Numbered from the stretch's first letter, positions 38,721 through 48,732 are shown. The stretch: 64,000 nt of DNA from Patescibacteria group bacterium (GCA_052034495.1 JBPOIL010000005.1:24710-88709), one strand, 5' to 3'. The notes: a model not told the origin generated them from the sequence alone. Made by a program: numbers and translations.

Positions 38721-38757
38721 TGAAAAATCAGATCGAGCAAAGTGCATCTTAAGGCTA

Positions 38758-38786
38758 ATAATACCATGTTGCTGGCAACTAGGCAA
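38758..38786 (-). promoter_or_regulatory. ileS promoter TTGCCT-17-TATTAT
   Basis: Extended -10 TGGTATTAT upstream of the T-box. Confidence 0.65.
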
Positions 38787-38838
38787 TGCATCTAGGAGAT
38801 TAGCATAAGCTTTACGTGACGCCCGCCTTACAGCTACA

Positions 38839-40389
38839 ATGGTAACAATGAAACGCGACGCGACCACCTATAAAAAGACCAAGATCATTGCCACTATCGG
38901 CCCGGCAAGCGAGCCCCACATTGAATCGCTCCTGCGCTCAGGGGTAAACGGCGTTCGGCTCAACTTCTCGCATGGTGATTACGCCACTCACAAAAAGAAC
39001 CTTACCATCGCACGCAAAGCATCACGTGATCTTGAGCGCGGGCTGGCTATTATTCAGGACCTGTCCGGACCCAAAATACGCCTAGGTGAGCTGCCGGAAG
39101 GCGGCATTAAGATCGGCCGTGGAGACATGATTGGTATTAGCTATAGCGATGATTATGATTCTGAGCTTGGGATACTGCCCTCGCAGTACGACTTTGCAAA
39201 TGATGTATCCACCGGTGAGCATATTTTTCTTCGTGACGGGCAGATCAAGCTCGTTGTAAAGTCGGTGCGAGGTGGCATTGTAACAGCTAAGGCCCTAAAT
39301 GGCGGGGCGGTTATGAGTCATCACGGCATCAATCTGCCCGATACGAAATTCAAACGCTCCGTAATCACTCCCAAGGACCGCGAGGACATTGCTTTTGCCA
39401 TACACGAAGACGTAGATTATGTTGCGCTTTCCTTCATTCAATCCGCCAGTACCATTAAAGAACTTCGCAGACTGCTTAAGCCTGCGCTGCAACCAGTCCA
39501 TATTATTGCGAAGATTGAAACAAAGGCGGCCATAGAGAATATCGAAGAGATCATAGAGGCAGCTGATGCCGTCATGATCGCTCGTGGTGATTTGGGGGTT
39601 GAAATTGGCGCCGAAAACGTACCAATTGTCGGTCGACGTATTATTGAGCTGGCGCGGGCAGCACGTAAGCCGGTCATAATGGCCACGCAGATGCTCGAAA
39701 GTATGATGACCTCTACTCAACCCTCCCGGGCAGAGGCTAATGACGTCTCGACGGCAGTACTCCTGGGTGTAGACTGTGTAATGCTATCTGGGGAAACAGC
39801 AATCGGCAAGTTTCCGGTTGAAACCGTGCAAATGATGAAGCGCATTATTCTGAAGGCGGAACAATACGCCACTTCGGGGACAATTAACCTTAACTTTACG
39901 TCCTCGGATACAGGTGCTGCAGAAATAAGCACACCAATCTCGAGCAAGCCGAACTTACAAAAAATCCACGACACGACGCGCATTGTCTTTGAACAGCACC
40001 AAATCGAATCAAACCGAAAGGCAAATGATGGAGACAGAATTGCCGCTAGCGTATCACTCGCCGCCATCACCCTCGCCGAGCAAATCCCTGCCAAGCTAAT
40101 CGTGGCTGAAACCCTTACCGGGCACACTGCCTACAGTATATCGAGCTTACGACCAAGTGCCCCAATTATTATGGCAAGCCCCGACAGGCATGTCTGCAAT
40201 AAACTATCCATAGTCTGGGGAGGCAAGCCAACCCTCGTTCCTAAGCAGCAGGCGATTAGCGAATTAATTCTTGATGAATATAAGAAGCGCGGCAGTATAC
40301 GCAAAGGCGACTATGTTGTAAGTGCTTTTGGTAAGCATCATAGCGTGGCCGGAGGGACCGATACGGTTCGAATTCTAAAAGTTGAATAA
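38839..40389 (+). CDS. pyk: Pyruvate kinase
   Basis: KTKIIATIGPAS, RLNFSHG, AKIE, MIARGDLG, ATQMLESM, MLSGETA. Confidence 0.96.
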   Translation: MVTMKRDATTYKKTKIIATIGPASEPHIESLLRSGVNGVRLNFSHGDYATHKKNLTIARKASRDLERGLAIIQDLSGPKIRLGELPEGGIKIGRGDMIGISYSDDYDSELGILPSQYDFANDVSTGEHIFLRDGQIKLVVKSVRGGIVTAKALNGGAVMSHHGINLPDTKFKRSVITPKDREDIAFAIHEDVDYVALSFIQSASTIKELRRLLKPALQPVHIIAKIETKAAIENIEEIIEAADAVMIARGDLGVEIGAENVPIVGRRIIELARAARKPVIMATQMLESMMTSTQPSRAEANDVSTAVLLGVDCVMLSGETAIGKFPVETVQMMKRIILKAEQYATSGTINLNFTSSDTGAAEISTPISSKPNLQKIHDTTRIVFEQHQIESNRKANDGDRIAASVSLAAITLAEQIPAKLIVAETLTGHTAYSISSLRPSAPIIMASPDRHVCNKLSIVWGGKPTLVPKQQAISELILDEYKKRGSIRKGDYVVSAFGKHHSVAGGTDTVRILKVE

Positions 40390-40437
40390 AGAATCCTTAA
40401 TGAACACTTGCTTTGTTCATTTTAATCAATTATCAGC

Positions 40438-40668
40438 TTAGGAAAGCGGGCTATAGGCGTGCAAAAGTTCGCCGCGAGACGGGATTTTGCCCTGCCAAAT
40501 CTCTACGAGGGAACCGTCCCCCTGCGCGACTATAACCGCGGGGTACGTAGTGGCGGCATAAAGTCTAGCCAAGTCCTGCCCACCCCTGGTATCAACATCA
40601 ACTACCTCGGGGCTAAATTCGGCCAGATCTTCGGGCTTACTGCCCCTATATAAAAGGATAATTCTCAT
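40438..40668 (-). CDS. Small Cys-less thioredoxin-fold-like protein
   Basis: DVD...LA..Y....YP pattern; leaderless promoter TGCTATACT. Confidence 0.6.
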   Translation of the reverse strand: MRIILLYRGSKPEDLAEFSPEVVDVDTRGGQDLARLYAATTYPAVIVAQGDGSLVEIWQGKIPSRGELLHAYSPLS

Positions 40669-40694
40669 GCTTTGAGTATAGCATGGAGCCGGGC

Positions 40695-41165
40695 TTAATC
40701 GACCTTCTTTTTGGCCTCGCTTTTAAGCCTATTGAGCTCTGCCTCGAAGCTCTTAATGTCCGCGAAGCTACGGTAGACACTGGCGAAACGCACATAGGCG
40801 ACGTCATCGCTTTCGCGCAACTTGTCCATGACCAGCTCTCCGATCTTACTACTCGCGATCTCATGGTCCCCGGTAGACTTAAGCTCTTGTTCTACAGCGG
40901 TAATAATACCCTCAATTTGATCTGCGGATACAGGACGCTTCTGGAAGGCGCTATAAACACCGCTCGCAAGCTTGGTGCGATCAAACAACTCGCGCTCGCC
41001 ACCCTTTTTTATGATCATTAAGTGAGCGGCCTCAATGCGTTCATACGTTGTGAACCTGTGTTGGCAGCTCAAACATTCTCGACGACGACGAATTACGTTG
41101 TCCTGCTCAACCTCGCGCGATTCGAGCACTCTACTATCTTGGGACCTGCAACGTGGGCACTTCAT
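40695..41165 (-). CDS. nrdR: Transcriptional repressor NrdR
   Basis: MKCPRC, RRRRECLSC..RFTTYE, ATP cone, VAYVRFASVY. Confidence 0.97.
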   Translation of the reverse strand: MKCPRCRSQDSRVLESREVEQDNVIRRRRECLSCQHRFTTYERIEAAHLMIIKKGGERELFDRTKLASGVYSAFQKRPVSADQIEGIITAVEQELKSTGDHEIASSKIGELVMDKLRESDDVAYVRFASVYRSFADIKSFEAELNRLKSEAKKKVD

Positions 41166-41186
41166 TATCTTAACCCTCCGACGAAA

Positions 41187-42587
41187 CTACATTTTTTTCT
41201 TTACGAAACTCGGGATATCATCATCCGTATCTTGCTCTAGCTGTACCCCTTGACGCAAGTAAGCTGGCTTATCCAGGTCATCTTCATCGCCACTGAAACC
41301 AACTGCGCGCTCAATAATGGGTTGTGCTGGTACTGCTGGCTGAGACGGCTCAACGACAGACTCTGGCTCCATTGGCTCCTCTAGGTCGAATCCGGCAATA
41401 GGATCATCCATAATTGTTCGGGGAGCTTCTGGCTCAGCCTTAACCAACGGCTCAAGATCGTCTGATTGGAAAACCGGACGTGGCTGCTCGCGAATGTAGG
41501 GTATCTCCTCTGGCTCGGGCGCAGTGTAGACCTCTTCAGCGGCGTGAACTGGCTGATTGTAGTTTGGTTGAGTACTAATGTTCTGGCTGTTACCAAAGCC
41601 GGTAAAGCCCGTGGCGTGTGATGCTGGCGAGCGAGTTGCATCAAATCCGGTAGCGACCAGAGTAACCTTGATTTCCCCTGTGGTGTTTTCATCTAGTACC
41701 GTACCCCAAATGATATTGGCTTCTGGGTCTACTGAATCATGGATGAGCTTGGCGGCCTCTTCAATCTCATGCATCCCCATATCACGACCACCGGTGAAGT
41801 TAATAAGTACGCCCTTGGCTCCCTGTATAGAGACTTCGAGTAGTGGCGAGTCCATAGCCTGCTTAACGGCTTCCACCGCCCTGTTGTCTCCTGAGCCGTG
41901 GCCAATCCCCATTAAGGCACTGCCGGCGTTGCTCATAATTGATTTAACGTCAGCGAAGTCTAGATTCACGAGACCGTTCACCGTAATGAGGTCGGAAATG
42001 CCTTGGACACCTTGCCGGAGCACGTTGTCTACGGCTCCAAAAGCATCAAGAAGTGACGTTTTACGGTCAATAATCTGTAGGATGCGGTCATTCGGAATAA
42101 TAATGAGGGTATCAACCTTATCCCGTAGCTCCTCGATTGCAGCTTCGGCAATTTTACGGCGTCTGTCGCCCTCGAATGCAAAAGGCTTCGTCATGATGGC
42201 TACGGTAAGTGCGCCAATCTCTCGAGCAATTCGAGCGATCACTGGTGCTGCGCCGCTAGCAGTACCGCCGCCACATCCGCCGGTAATAAACACCATCTCG
42301 CTACCCTTCAGAGACTCAAAGATGTCTTCTTCACTCTCTTCGGCAGCGATCTTCCCTACTTCAGGGTTAGCGCCTGCGCCGAGGCCGCGAGTAGCTTCTT
42401 TGCCGATGTGTACCTTCTTAGCTGCCTGAGAATAGTGAAGAGCCTGAGCATCGGTATTAACTGCTACAAAATCGATGCCACGAATGCTTGATTGAATCAT
42501 TCGGTTGAGTGCGTTGTTGCCACCGCCACCCACACCAACTACCTTGATGCGTGCGAACGTTTCAATTTCGGGGCGAATTTCTGCCAT
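41187..42587 (-). CDS. ftsZ: Cell division protein FtsZ
   Basis: GVGGGGNNA, GCGGGTASG, NLDFAD. Confidence 0.97.
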   Translation of the reverse strand: MAEIRPEIETFARIKVVGVGGGGNNALNRMIQSSIRGIDFVAVNTDAQALHYSQAAKKVHIGKEATRGLGAGANPEVGKIAAEESEEDIFESLKGSEMVFITGGCGGGTASGAAPVIARIAREIGALTVAIMTKPFAFEGDRRRKIAEAAIEELRDKVDTLIIIPNDRILQIIDRKTSLLDAFGAVDNVLRQGVQGISDLITVNGLVNLDFADVKSIMSNAGSALMGIGHGSGDNRAVEAVKQAMDSPLLEVSIQGAKGVLINFTGGRDMGMHEIEEAAKLIHDSVDPEANIIWGTVLDENTTGEIKVTLVATGFDATRSPASHATGFTGFGNSQNISTQPNYNQPVHAAEEVYTAPEPEEIPYIREQPRPVFQSDDLEPLVKAEPEAPRTIMDDPIAGFDLEEPMEPESVVEPSQPAVPAQPIIERAVGFSGDEDDLDKPAYLRQGVQLEQDTDDDIPSFVKKKM

Positions 42588-42599
42588 GCTGTTTGTGAC

Positions 42600-42734
42600 T
42601 CCTTTATATAATTGCGTCGATTACTCTTAGGGAGTAATCTAGGCTTTCCCAACCTAGTGGGAGTCCTTGCCACACACATACCGCTACTCAACCGGTATAG
42701 CCAGAAGTATAACCAAATTGCGCAAGTAATGCAA
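42600..42734 (-). promoter_or_regulatory. ftsZ promoter (TTGCAT-17-TATACT) and four-hairpin leader
   Basis: Hairpins at 42678-98, 42657-73, 42639-57 and 42621-37; AAGGAG RBS. Confidence 0.6.
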
Positions 42735-42809
42735 ATATTTTACTCGGAATTATCAGCACAAATGCTTGTTATAAATTATGTGTTCACTCACCGAAAGAAT
42801 GTATACAGC

Positions 42810-42840
42810 AAAAGAGCCCCGGGCTTCGGGGCTCTTTTTT
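42810..42840. terminator. Intrinsic terminator after ftsA
   Basis: aaaagagcccc-gggcttc-ggggctctttt. Confidence 0.8.
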
Positions 42841-42863
42841 AAACCGAATCACAATAAATTCCG

Positions 42864-44096
42864 CTAAGGGAGAAAATTCTTGAAGACGCCTTTTATTTGA
42901 GACACGACGTTGCTAATAGCGGAATTGATGCCTCCATGGCCTGTTGGGGCATGATGCATGTCCTCGAGCATGAGCCCGACTGCTGCTGCATAGGCAGGGT
43001 CTTTCACTTTATCGCTTATACCGCCGAAACCGCGAGGAGATGCTACGGTTGTGTTGAGCTTAAGGACATCCTGAGCTAGCTTATCTATACCTGGAAGTTT
43101 CGCTCCACCACCAGTTAGCACTGCGCCGCCAGCCAGCATAGAGTCTTTACCGGCTTTCCTGAGCTCTGTTGCTACCATGCCGAGGATTTCTTCACATCTG
43201 GAATTAACAATCTTATCAACTTCACTCTGGCTAACCACTCCGTTGCCGCCAAAGTCCACCAAATCGATTTTTTCGTTTGGTCGGCCTTTTTCCTTGATAG
43301 CACTAGCTTTGGCTAGTTTAAGCTTCTCGGCCACATCTATATTAGTACGCAGACCATATACCAAGTCCTTTGTTATATGATTTGAGCCGACAGGCAGGAT
43401 AGTAGTAAAGGCGATGCTACCTTCTTCGAATACAACGATGCCAGTGGTTTCGGCGCCGATATCTAGCAGAACTACGCCAAGCTCGAACTGACGCTTTGTC
43501 AGAACTGCCCGTGCCGCTGCCAATGGGACAAGGAGTTGGTCATCAATGGTAATCCCTGCTCGGAAAACCGCATTCGTAAGGTTCTTCATGGCCGGAGAAG
43601 CAGCGGTGATGATATGGGTGTCGATCTCGAGTCGAACGCCGTTCATACCTACTGGATCTGTTACATTCGTTTGACCATCGACCGTATAGCTCTTTGGAAT
43701 AACCTGCAAGATCTGACGGTTGCTGTCCATCTGGATGGCTGCTGCGGCTTCTTCGACTCGAACTAGATCCTCACGAGAAATCTCATGATCCGCCCTACTC
43801 ACCGCGATTACGCCACGCGAGTTCAGGCTTTGGACGTGAGCGCCATCTACGCTAATCGTAGCGTGCTCTATCGTAACGCCACTCATGCGCTCAGCCTCTT
43901 CTAGGGCTGCGGTAATGGAAGCTACCGTTTCCTCTACATCAGACACCGTACCGCGCCTGAGGCCCGTAGTTGGGGACACGCCAAGCCCAATAATACTCGG
44001 CTCGGCCATATCTTCCTGATGTAAACCAACTACACAAGCAACTTTGCTTGTGCCGATGTCTAATCCTACAAATGTTGATTCGTTTTTTGCCGCCAT
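42864..44096 (-). CDS. ftsA: Cell division protein FtsA
   Basis: GLDIGTSK, P.GM.G.RLE, DIGA.TT, LTGGGAKL. Confidence 0.95.
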   Translation of the reverse strand: MAAKNESTFVGLDIGTSKVACVVGLHQEDMAEPSIIGLGVSPTTGLRRGTVSDVEETVASITAALEEAERMSGVTIEHATISVDGAHVQSLNSRGVIAVSRADHEISREDLVRVEEAAAAIQMDSNRQILQVIPKSYTVDGQTNVTDPVGMNGVRLEIDTHIITAASPAMKNLTNAVFRAGITIDDQLLVPLAAARAVLTKRQFELGVVLLDIGAETTGIVVFEEGSIAFTTILPVGSNHITKDLVYGLRTNIDVAEKLKLAKASAIKEKGRPNEKIDLVDFGGNGVVSQSEVDKIVNSRCEEILGMVATELRKAGKDSMLAGGAVLTGGGAKLPGIDKLAQDVLKLNTTVASPRGFGGISDKVKDPAYAAAVGLMLEDMHHAPTGHGGINSAISNVVSQIKGVFKNFLP

Positions 44097-44164
44097 AACC
44101 CTGCCTTAATGTATCTCATTATATACATGCACACCCTGGTTGCGCAAACTATTGGTGCAATTAC

Positions 44165-44917
44165 CTATGGTAGCGTTAGTATTTCGGCGCCAGACTCAGT
44201 AATTAAAATTGTGTGCTCACTCTGGGCCGCTAGTGAGCCGTCGTCAGTGATGCATGTCCAGCCATCATCGGCCATTACGAGGTCCTCGGTGCCAATCGAC
44301 GCAATTGGCTCTAATGCGATTGTCATGCCAGCCTTAAGTGTCTGCCCGGTGCCAGCCACCCCGTCATTCCCAATCCAAGGATCCTCGTGCAGCCTATGGC
44401 CAACGCCGTGCCCGCCGAGGGTCTGCAGCACATAGAAGCCATGCTTTTGGATGGTAGAGCCAATAACCGCGCCAATGTCTCCTACACGAACACCGTCATG
44501 GAGACTGTTTATTGCCCTGCTAAGGGCCTCCTCTGTAGCTTTTATAAGCTTTTCGGCCTTTGGGTTTGTGCTAGAGCCAAGAATAAAGCTGATAGCGCTA
44601 TCGGTAATCATCCCCTCGTGCTTGACGCCAAAATCAAACTTAACCAAGTCTCCGTCATGCAAAACCCTGTCTCCTGGTAGGCCGTGAACAATCTCTTCGT
44701 TAACTGAAATACATATTGAGGCAGGAAAACTATCAAAGCCAAGGAAGGCCGGCTCCACTCCTTGCTCTGCCAGCAGTTCGCGAGCAAGCACATCAATCTG
44801 CTGCGTTTTCATCCCAGGTATCGTCTTTGCCTTGAGCGCCTGCAGGGTTTGGCCTAATATCTTTCCGCCATATCGCATAGCTTCAATTTCTGCCGCTGTC
44901 TTAACTTGTGTCTTCAT
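44165..44917 (-). CDS. map: Methionine aminopeptidase type I
   Basis: SVNEEIVHG.P, GHGVG..LHEDP, EP, EHT. Confidence 0.95.
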   Translation of the reverse strand: MKTQVKTAAEIEAMRYGGKILGQTLQALKAKTIPGMKTQQIDVLARELLAEQGVEPAFLGFDSFPASICISVNEEIVHGLPGDRVLHDGDLVKFDFGVKHEGMITDSAISFILGSSTNPKAEKLIKATEEALSRAINSLHDGVRVGDIGAVIGSTIQKHGFYVLQTLGGHGVGHRLHEDPWIGNDGVAGTGQTLKAGMTIALEPIASIGTEDLVMADDGWTCITDDGSLAAQSEHTILITESGAEILTLP

Positions 44918-44918
44918 C

Positions 44919-45467
44919 TTATTGTTCCTTTATTTTGCGTTGTAATTCGGACTGAATAATATTAGGGCTAGGCTCGCCATCAATCTCTACCAAGCGATCG
45001 CTGCTGCGGTAGTAATCCAATACAGGTTCGGTTTGGTCTGCAAACACGTGAAGGCGGTTACGGATTATTGACTCGGTATCATCTCCTCGGCCACGCTGCA
45101 AAAGTCGCTTGAGGGCCGAATCCTGGCTTATTTTTAAGTAATATACGTGCAAATTCTGGGCTTCGCTTTTGCCTAATTGATTATCTAGCCACTGGGCCTG
45201 CTCTACTCGTCGCGGAAAGCCATCGAAGAGGATGTCAGATTGAGTAGGTATCTCTTGGAGCTTTTTAGCCAGTTTCGTATTGATGATGTCGTCATCCACC
45301 AAGCCACCTTTTTGCAATACTTGTGCAATATCTGTGTTCGTTTTAGCTAGCTCGCGTGCGATGTCCCCGGTCTTAACTATTACTGCCCCCAAGGCTTTGG
45401 CGAGCATATCGCATTGTGTGTCTTTACCGGCACCCGGCATACCTAGAACGATAATGTATCGCCTCAT
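44919..45467 (-). CDS. adk: Adenylate kinase (short type)
   Basis: GMPGAGKDTQ, DGFPR, RGR.DD; ATGA overlap with dgkA. Confidence 0.9.
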   Translation of the reverse strand: MRRYIIVLGMPGAGKDTQCDMLAKALGAVIVKTGDIARELAKTNTDIAQVLQKGGLVDDDIINTKLAKKLQEIPTQSDILFDGFPRRVEQAQWLDNQLGKSEAQNLHVYYLKISQDSALKRLLQRGRGDDTESIIRNRLHVFADQTEPVLDYYRSSDRLVEIDGEPSPNIIQSELQRKIKEQ

Positions 45468-45823
45468 CGCGCGATCATCTCGTAAATACGCGGTCCAAAA
45501 ATACAAACGCCAATCGCGAAAGCTCCAAGGGCACACACGAGCACGCCCCCAGCTGTCATGTCCTTTACGAGCTGGACTACCTGATTCCGCTCGGTAGAAA
45601 TCAGGTCGAGTGTGCGCTCTATGGCGGTATTGGTAATTTCTGCAAAGAAGACTAAGATAATTGCCAAAATGACGAGTGAGAGCTGGAAGATTGAGATCTT
45701 GAAGAACCAACTTGCCACAACAGCGAGCAAGGCGAATGCCAAATGAATACGAGCATTGCGCTCGCGGCTAACGACTGCCCGAAGACCTTTAAATGCGTGC
45801 CTAAAACTACCGAGTGTTACCAT
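45464..45823 (-). CDS. dgkA: Diacylglycerol/undecaprenol kinase
   Basis: ERNARIH, E..NTAIE..D, KD..AG. Confidence 0.9.
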   Translation of the reverse strand: MVTLGSFRHAFKGLRAVVSRERNARIHLAFALLAVVASWFFKISIFQLSLVILAIILVFFAEITNTAIERTLDLISTERNQVVQLVKDMTAGGVLVCALGAFAIGVCIFGPRIYEMIAR

Positions 45824-46283
45824 TGAATATATCCCTTGCATCAACCTTAAGCTTACTTAATATAGCACTTTGCGCATGCGCGAAGCTAGTCTGCTCCGCC
45901 TGGCCAGCGTGGTCGTAGCCCAGCACGTGCATCATGCCGTGCACCGCCAATAGGAGCAGCTCCGAGCGCAAATCTTGACCGTGCTCATTGGCTTGCTTCT
46001 GCGCAACCGGAACGCACACCACCACCTCTCCCAGGGTGTCGTCTGGGGTCGGTTCGTCGTCTTCGCCCTCAAAGTAGTTAAAGCTGAGTACGTCTGTAGC
46101 GTAATCATTGCCTGCATACTGCAGGTTGAGCTGGCGTGCCGTCGGCTCATCGGTAAAGACGAGGCTAATTTTGCCGTTAAGCCCGGCGTCTGCCGCCACC
46201 TCGACCAGGTCAAGCGCCATATGCAAATCGTCTTTATTTAGAGCGGAAGGAACATCGGTTGCGAACTCTAGACTGAGCGCCAT
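45807..46283 (-). CDS. ybeY: rRNA maturation RNase YbeY
   Basis: TDVLSF, HGMMHVLGYDH. Confidence 0.95.
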   Translation of the reverse strand: MALSLEFATDVPSALNKDDLHMALDLVEVAADAGLNGKISLVFTDEPTARQLNLQYAGNDYATDVLSFNYFEGEDDEPTPDDTLGEVVVCVPVAQKQANEHGQDLRSELLLLAVHGMMHVLGYDHAGQAEQTSFAHAQSAILSKLKVDARDIFNGNTR

Positions 46284-46289
46284 AGTTCG

Positions 46290-46730
46290 TTACTTATTAT
46301 CGAGTTCTTCACGAACGATACGGCTTACAAGCCCGCCGTCCGCCTGGCCGTTGGTTTTTGCCAGTACTTGTCCGATTATTTGGCCCATCTGAGCGTCAGG
46401 GTTAGCAGCAACCACATCGCGTACTATTGCGCGAACTTCATCATCACTCAATTGTGCTGGTAGGTAGTGCTGGATCTCTTTGAGCTCTGCTGACTCTTCG
46501 GCGACTAGGTCGTCTCGACCGGCTTTTTCGTATGCTTCAATAGAATCACGACGCTTCTTTGCCTCTTTTTGGAGGACTTGCATCATCTCCTGAGGACTAA
46601 GCTCATGGCCAACTTCGATCTGGTAGTTCTTGAGCGCACTCTTAAGCAGCCTCAGTACCTGGAGGCGTATCTGGTCTCGTTCTCGCATGGCAGCTGCGAG
46701 GTCTTGTTCCAGCTGCTCGAGAACGTGCAT
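46290..46730 (-). CDS. GatB/YqeY domain protein
   Basis: KKRRDSIEAY..AGR, YLP.QLS, G.ADG. Confidence 0.92.
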   Translation of the reverse strand: MHVLEQLEQDLAAAMRERDQIRLQVLRLLKSALKNYQIEVGHELSPQEMMQVLQKEAKKRRDSIEAYEKAGRDDLVAEESAELKEIQHYLPAQLSDDEVRAIVRDVVAANPDAQMGQIIGQVLAKTNGQADGGLVSRIVREELDNK

Positions 46731-46939
46731 TATTTGATCCCTAGAATTTCGCGAGCTTTTTGCTCTTTGCGGCGCGCCTTGCGGATTGCCACGCTACGCG
46801 CTTCGGTCTTTGAGATTGGCTTTTCGAAGTATCGCTTGCGACGAGCTTCGCCCAATACGCCAGATTGGATCACTTTCTTATTAAAGCGTCGCAATAAACT
46901 CTCTGCGGACTCTTTATCTTTGGCTGTTACTTGAATCAA
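46730..46939 (-). CDS. rpsU: 30S ribosomal protein S21
   Basis: ES.ESLLRRF, R.FEKP. Confidence 0.9.
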   Translation of the reverse strand: MIQVTAKDKESAESLLRRFNKKVIQSGVLGEARRKRYFEKPISKTEARSVAIRKARRKEQKAREILGIK

Positions 46940-47010
46940 ACTAACTCCTTGTTTTCTACTAGCTAATAAATCAATTTCAGAAGCGATTATACGCTAAAAC
47001 AGGAGCTTCT

Positions 47011-48732
47011 TCAAGACCCTATAGGTCGAATGTCGACCACCTCGAGCTGCAAGCTCTCAACCCCCTGCCAGACGTTTTTTGATGCCCTGTAGGCCACTTC
47101 GACGAGCTGCCCTAATTCGAGCCAAGGCCAGCGCCCAGCAGCGCTAAAGGCAATGGCGCCGAGCTGACCCACCGAAGCCTCGAAGCTCATCTGCAAATGC
47201 TTTTGATCTGCACCGACTGGGCGCATGCGCACCAATTTAAGCTTGGACGCAAATACTGGCTGAGGGTTGGCGTTGCCATACGGCTCTAAGGCCTCGAGTT
47301 GCGTCAGCAATTGGGTGTTCAAAAGCCCCCCAGCAAGTTGACAGGTAATAATGAGCTCCTTTTGCGTACTAAGTTCTGACTCGTGCTGGGCCGCATATTC
47401 ATTGAGAGCCTTGCGCAAATCGGCCACCTTGCTCGTCTTGAGCGTCATGCCAGCCGCAAAAGCATGCCCGCCGTAGCGTTCTAGGTGCTGCTTTGCGCTC
47501 GTAATCGCTTCGATAATGTTAAATGTGCCGATGCTGCGCGCAGAGCCCTTAGTGGTATCGCCAAGCTCTTGCAGGATAATTGTTGGCTTGTGCCTGGCTT
47601 CGCTCACCCTACTGGCTACCAGTCCGACAATCCCATGTGACCAGTCGGGCCCTGAAAGGACCAATATGGCGTCGTCTGGATAATCTTCAGATTGCTGCAT
47701 GGCCTCGGCAAACATGCGTGCTGTTTCATCTTGCCGCTCGCGGTTGAGGGTGTTGAGCCCCTCGGCCAGCTCTTTGGCCCTATCAGTGCTGGTTGTAGTT
47801 ATAAGCTCCAAGGCTTTAGCTGCATGCTCTAGACGCCCTGCAGCATTAAGCCGCGGGCCGAACCGAAAGCCCAAGTCCGAGGCCTGAACGCTACTGAGCT
47901 CCACTCCACTGGCTTCGGCTAATGCCCTGAGTCCCGGCCGCGGGCTCTTACGCAGGACCGTCAGCCCAAACTGCACTAATGCGCGGTTTTCCTCCACAAG
48001 CGGCACCACATCACATACCGTACCGAGCGCTACGAGATCGAGCAACCACTTTTCACGTCCGGGCTTTACCTTGCCAGGATGCGTAGCGGCCAAGGCAACG
48101 GCAAGCTTGAATGCTACTGCCACACCAGCTAAATCCTTGAATGGATACTCGTCGCCAGGCAAGCGCGGATTTATACAGGCTATTGCAGCTTTGGGAGTTA
48201 CTTCTGGTACCGTGTGATGATCAGTAACGATAATGTCGAGTCCAAACTTAGCCGCTTCTGCCACCTCGTGCGCTGCGGTAATACCGCAATCCACGCTAAT
48301 GAGGAGGTCGGCGCCATCTGCCTTGAGCGCCTTTAGAGCAGCTAGATTCAAGCCATAGCCCTCTTCGAACCGGTCTGGAATGTAGGGCCTTACTTGAGCC
48401 CCAAGTTGCGAGAGCACGTCTACCAGCAGAGCAGTAGCTGTTATGCCGTCAATATCATAATCCCCATATACAACAATCTTTTGCCCATTCGCCAATGCGT
48501 GATTCATACGCTCTACAGCCAACCCCACACCACTCAAGAGCCCAGGACCATGAAGCCCGCTATAGTCTGGTGATACAAAAGTCTCTTGCTGCTCTGGCCC
48601 TACTCCCCGCTGCCGCAAGATGAGCTCACGTAGCTTGGCTGCACTAGCAACCGCTTGATCTGGTTCAGACAGAAAACGCCACGTATACGACTTGGCGTTT
48701 TCTGTTTTGACTGGTTTTGACTGAGTCGACAT
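47011..48732 (-). CDS. recJ: ssDNA exonuclease RecJ
   Basis: YGDYDIDG, PDRFEEGYG, TDHH, PRLNAAGR, GSARS, GGH..AAG. Confidence 0.96.
   Translation of the reverse strand: MSTQSKPVKTENAKSYTWRFLSEPDQAVASAAKLRELILRQRGVGPEQQETFVSPDYSGLHGPGLLSGVGLAVERMNHALANGQKIVVYGDYDIDGITATALLVDVLSQLGAQVRPYIPDRFEEGYGLNLAALKALKADGADLLISVDCGITAAHEVAEAAKFGLDIIVTDHHTVPEVTPKAAIACINPRLPGDEYPFKDLAGVAVAFKLAVALAATHPGKVKPGREKWLLDLVALGTVCDVVPLVEENRALVQFGLTVLRKSPRPGLRALAEASGVELSSVQASDLGFRFGPRLNAAGRLEHAAKALELITTTSTDRAKELAEGLNTLNRERQDETARMFAEAMQQSEDYPDDAILVLSGPDWSHGIVGLVASRVSEARHKPTIILQELGDTTKGSARSIGTFNIIEAITSAKQHLERYGGHAFAAGMTLKTSKVADLRKALNEYAAQHESELSTQKELIITCQLAGGLLNTQLLTQLEALEPYGNANPQPVFASKLKLVRMRPVGADQKHLQMSFEASVGQLGAIAFSAAGRWPWLELGQLVEVAYRASKNVWQGVESLQLEVVDIRPIGS

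Noticed and set aside
41578-42429. 283-aa plus-strand ORF and similar long antisense ORFs
   Set aside because: Antisense shadows of ftsZ and other conserved genes.
42745-42808. Degenerate DnaA boxes between ftsA and ftsZ
   Set aside because: At least two mismatches each; expected by chance in AT-rich DNA.
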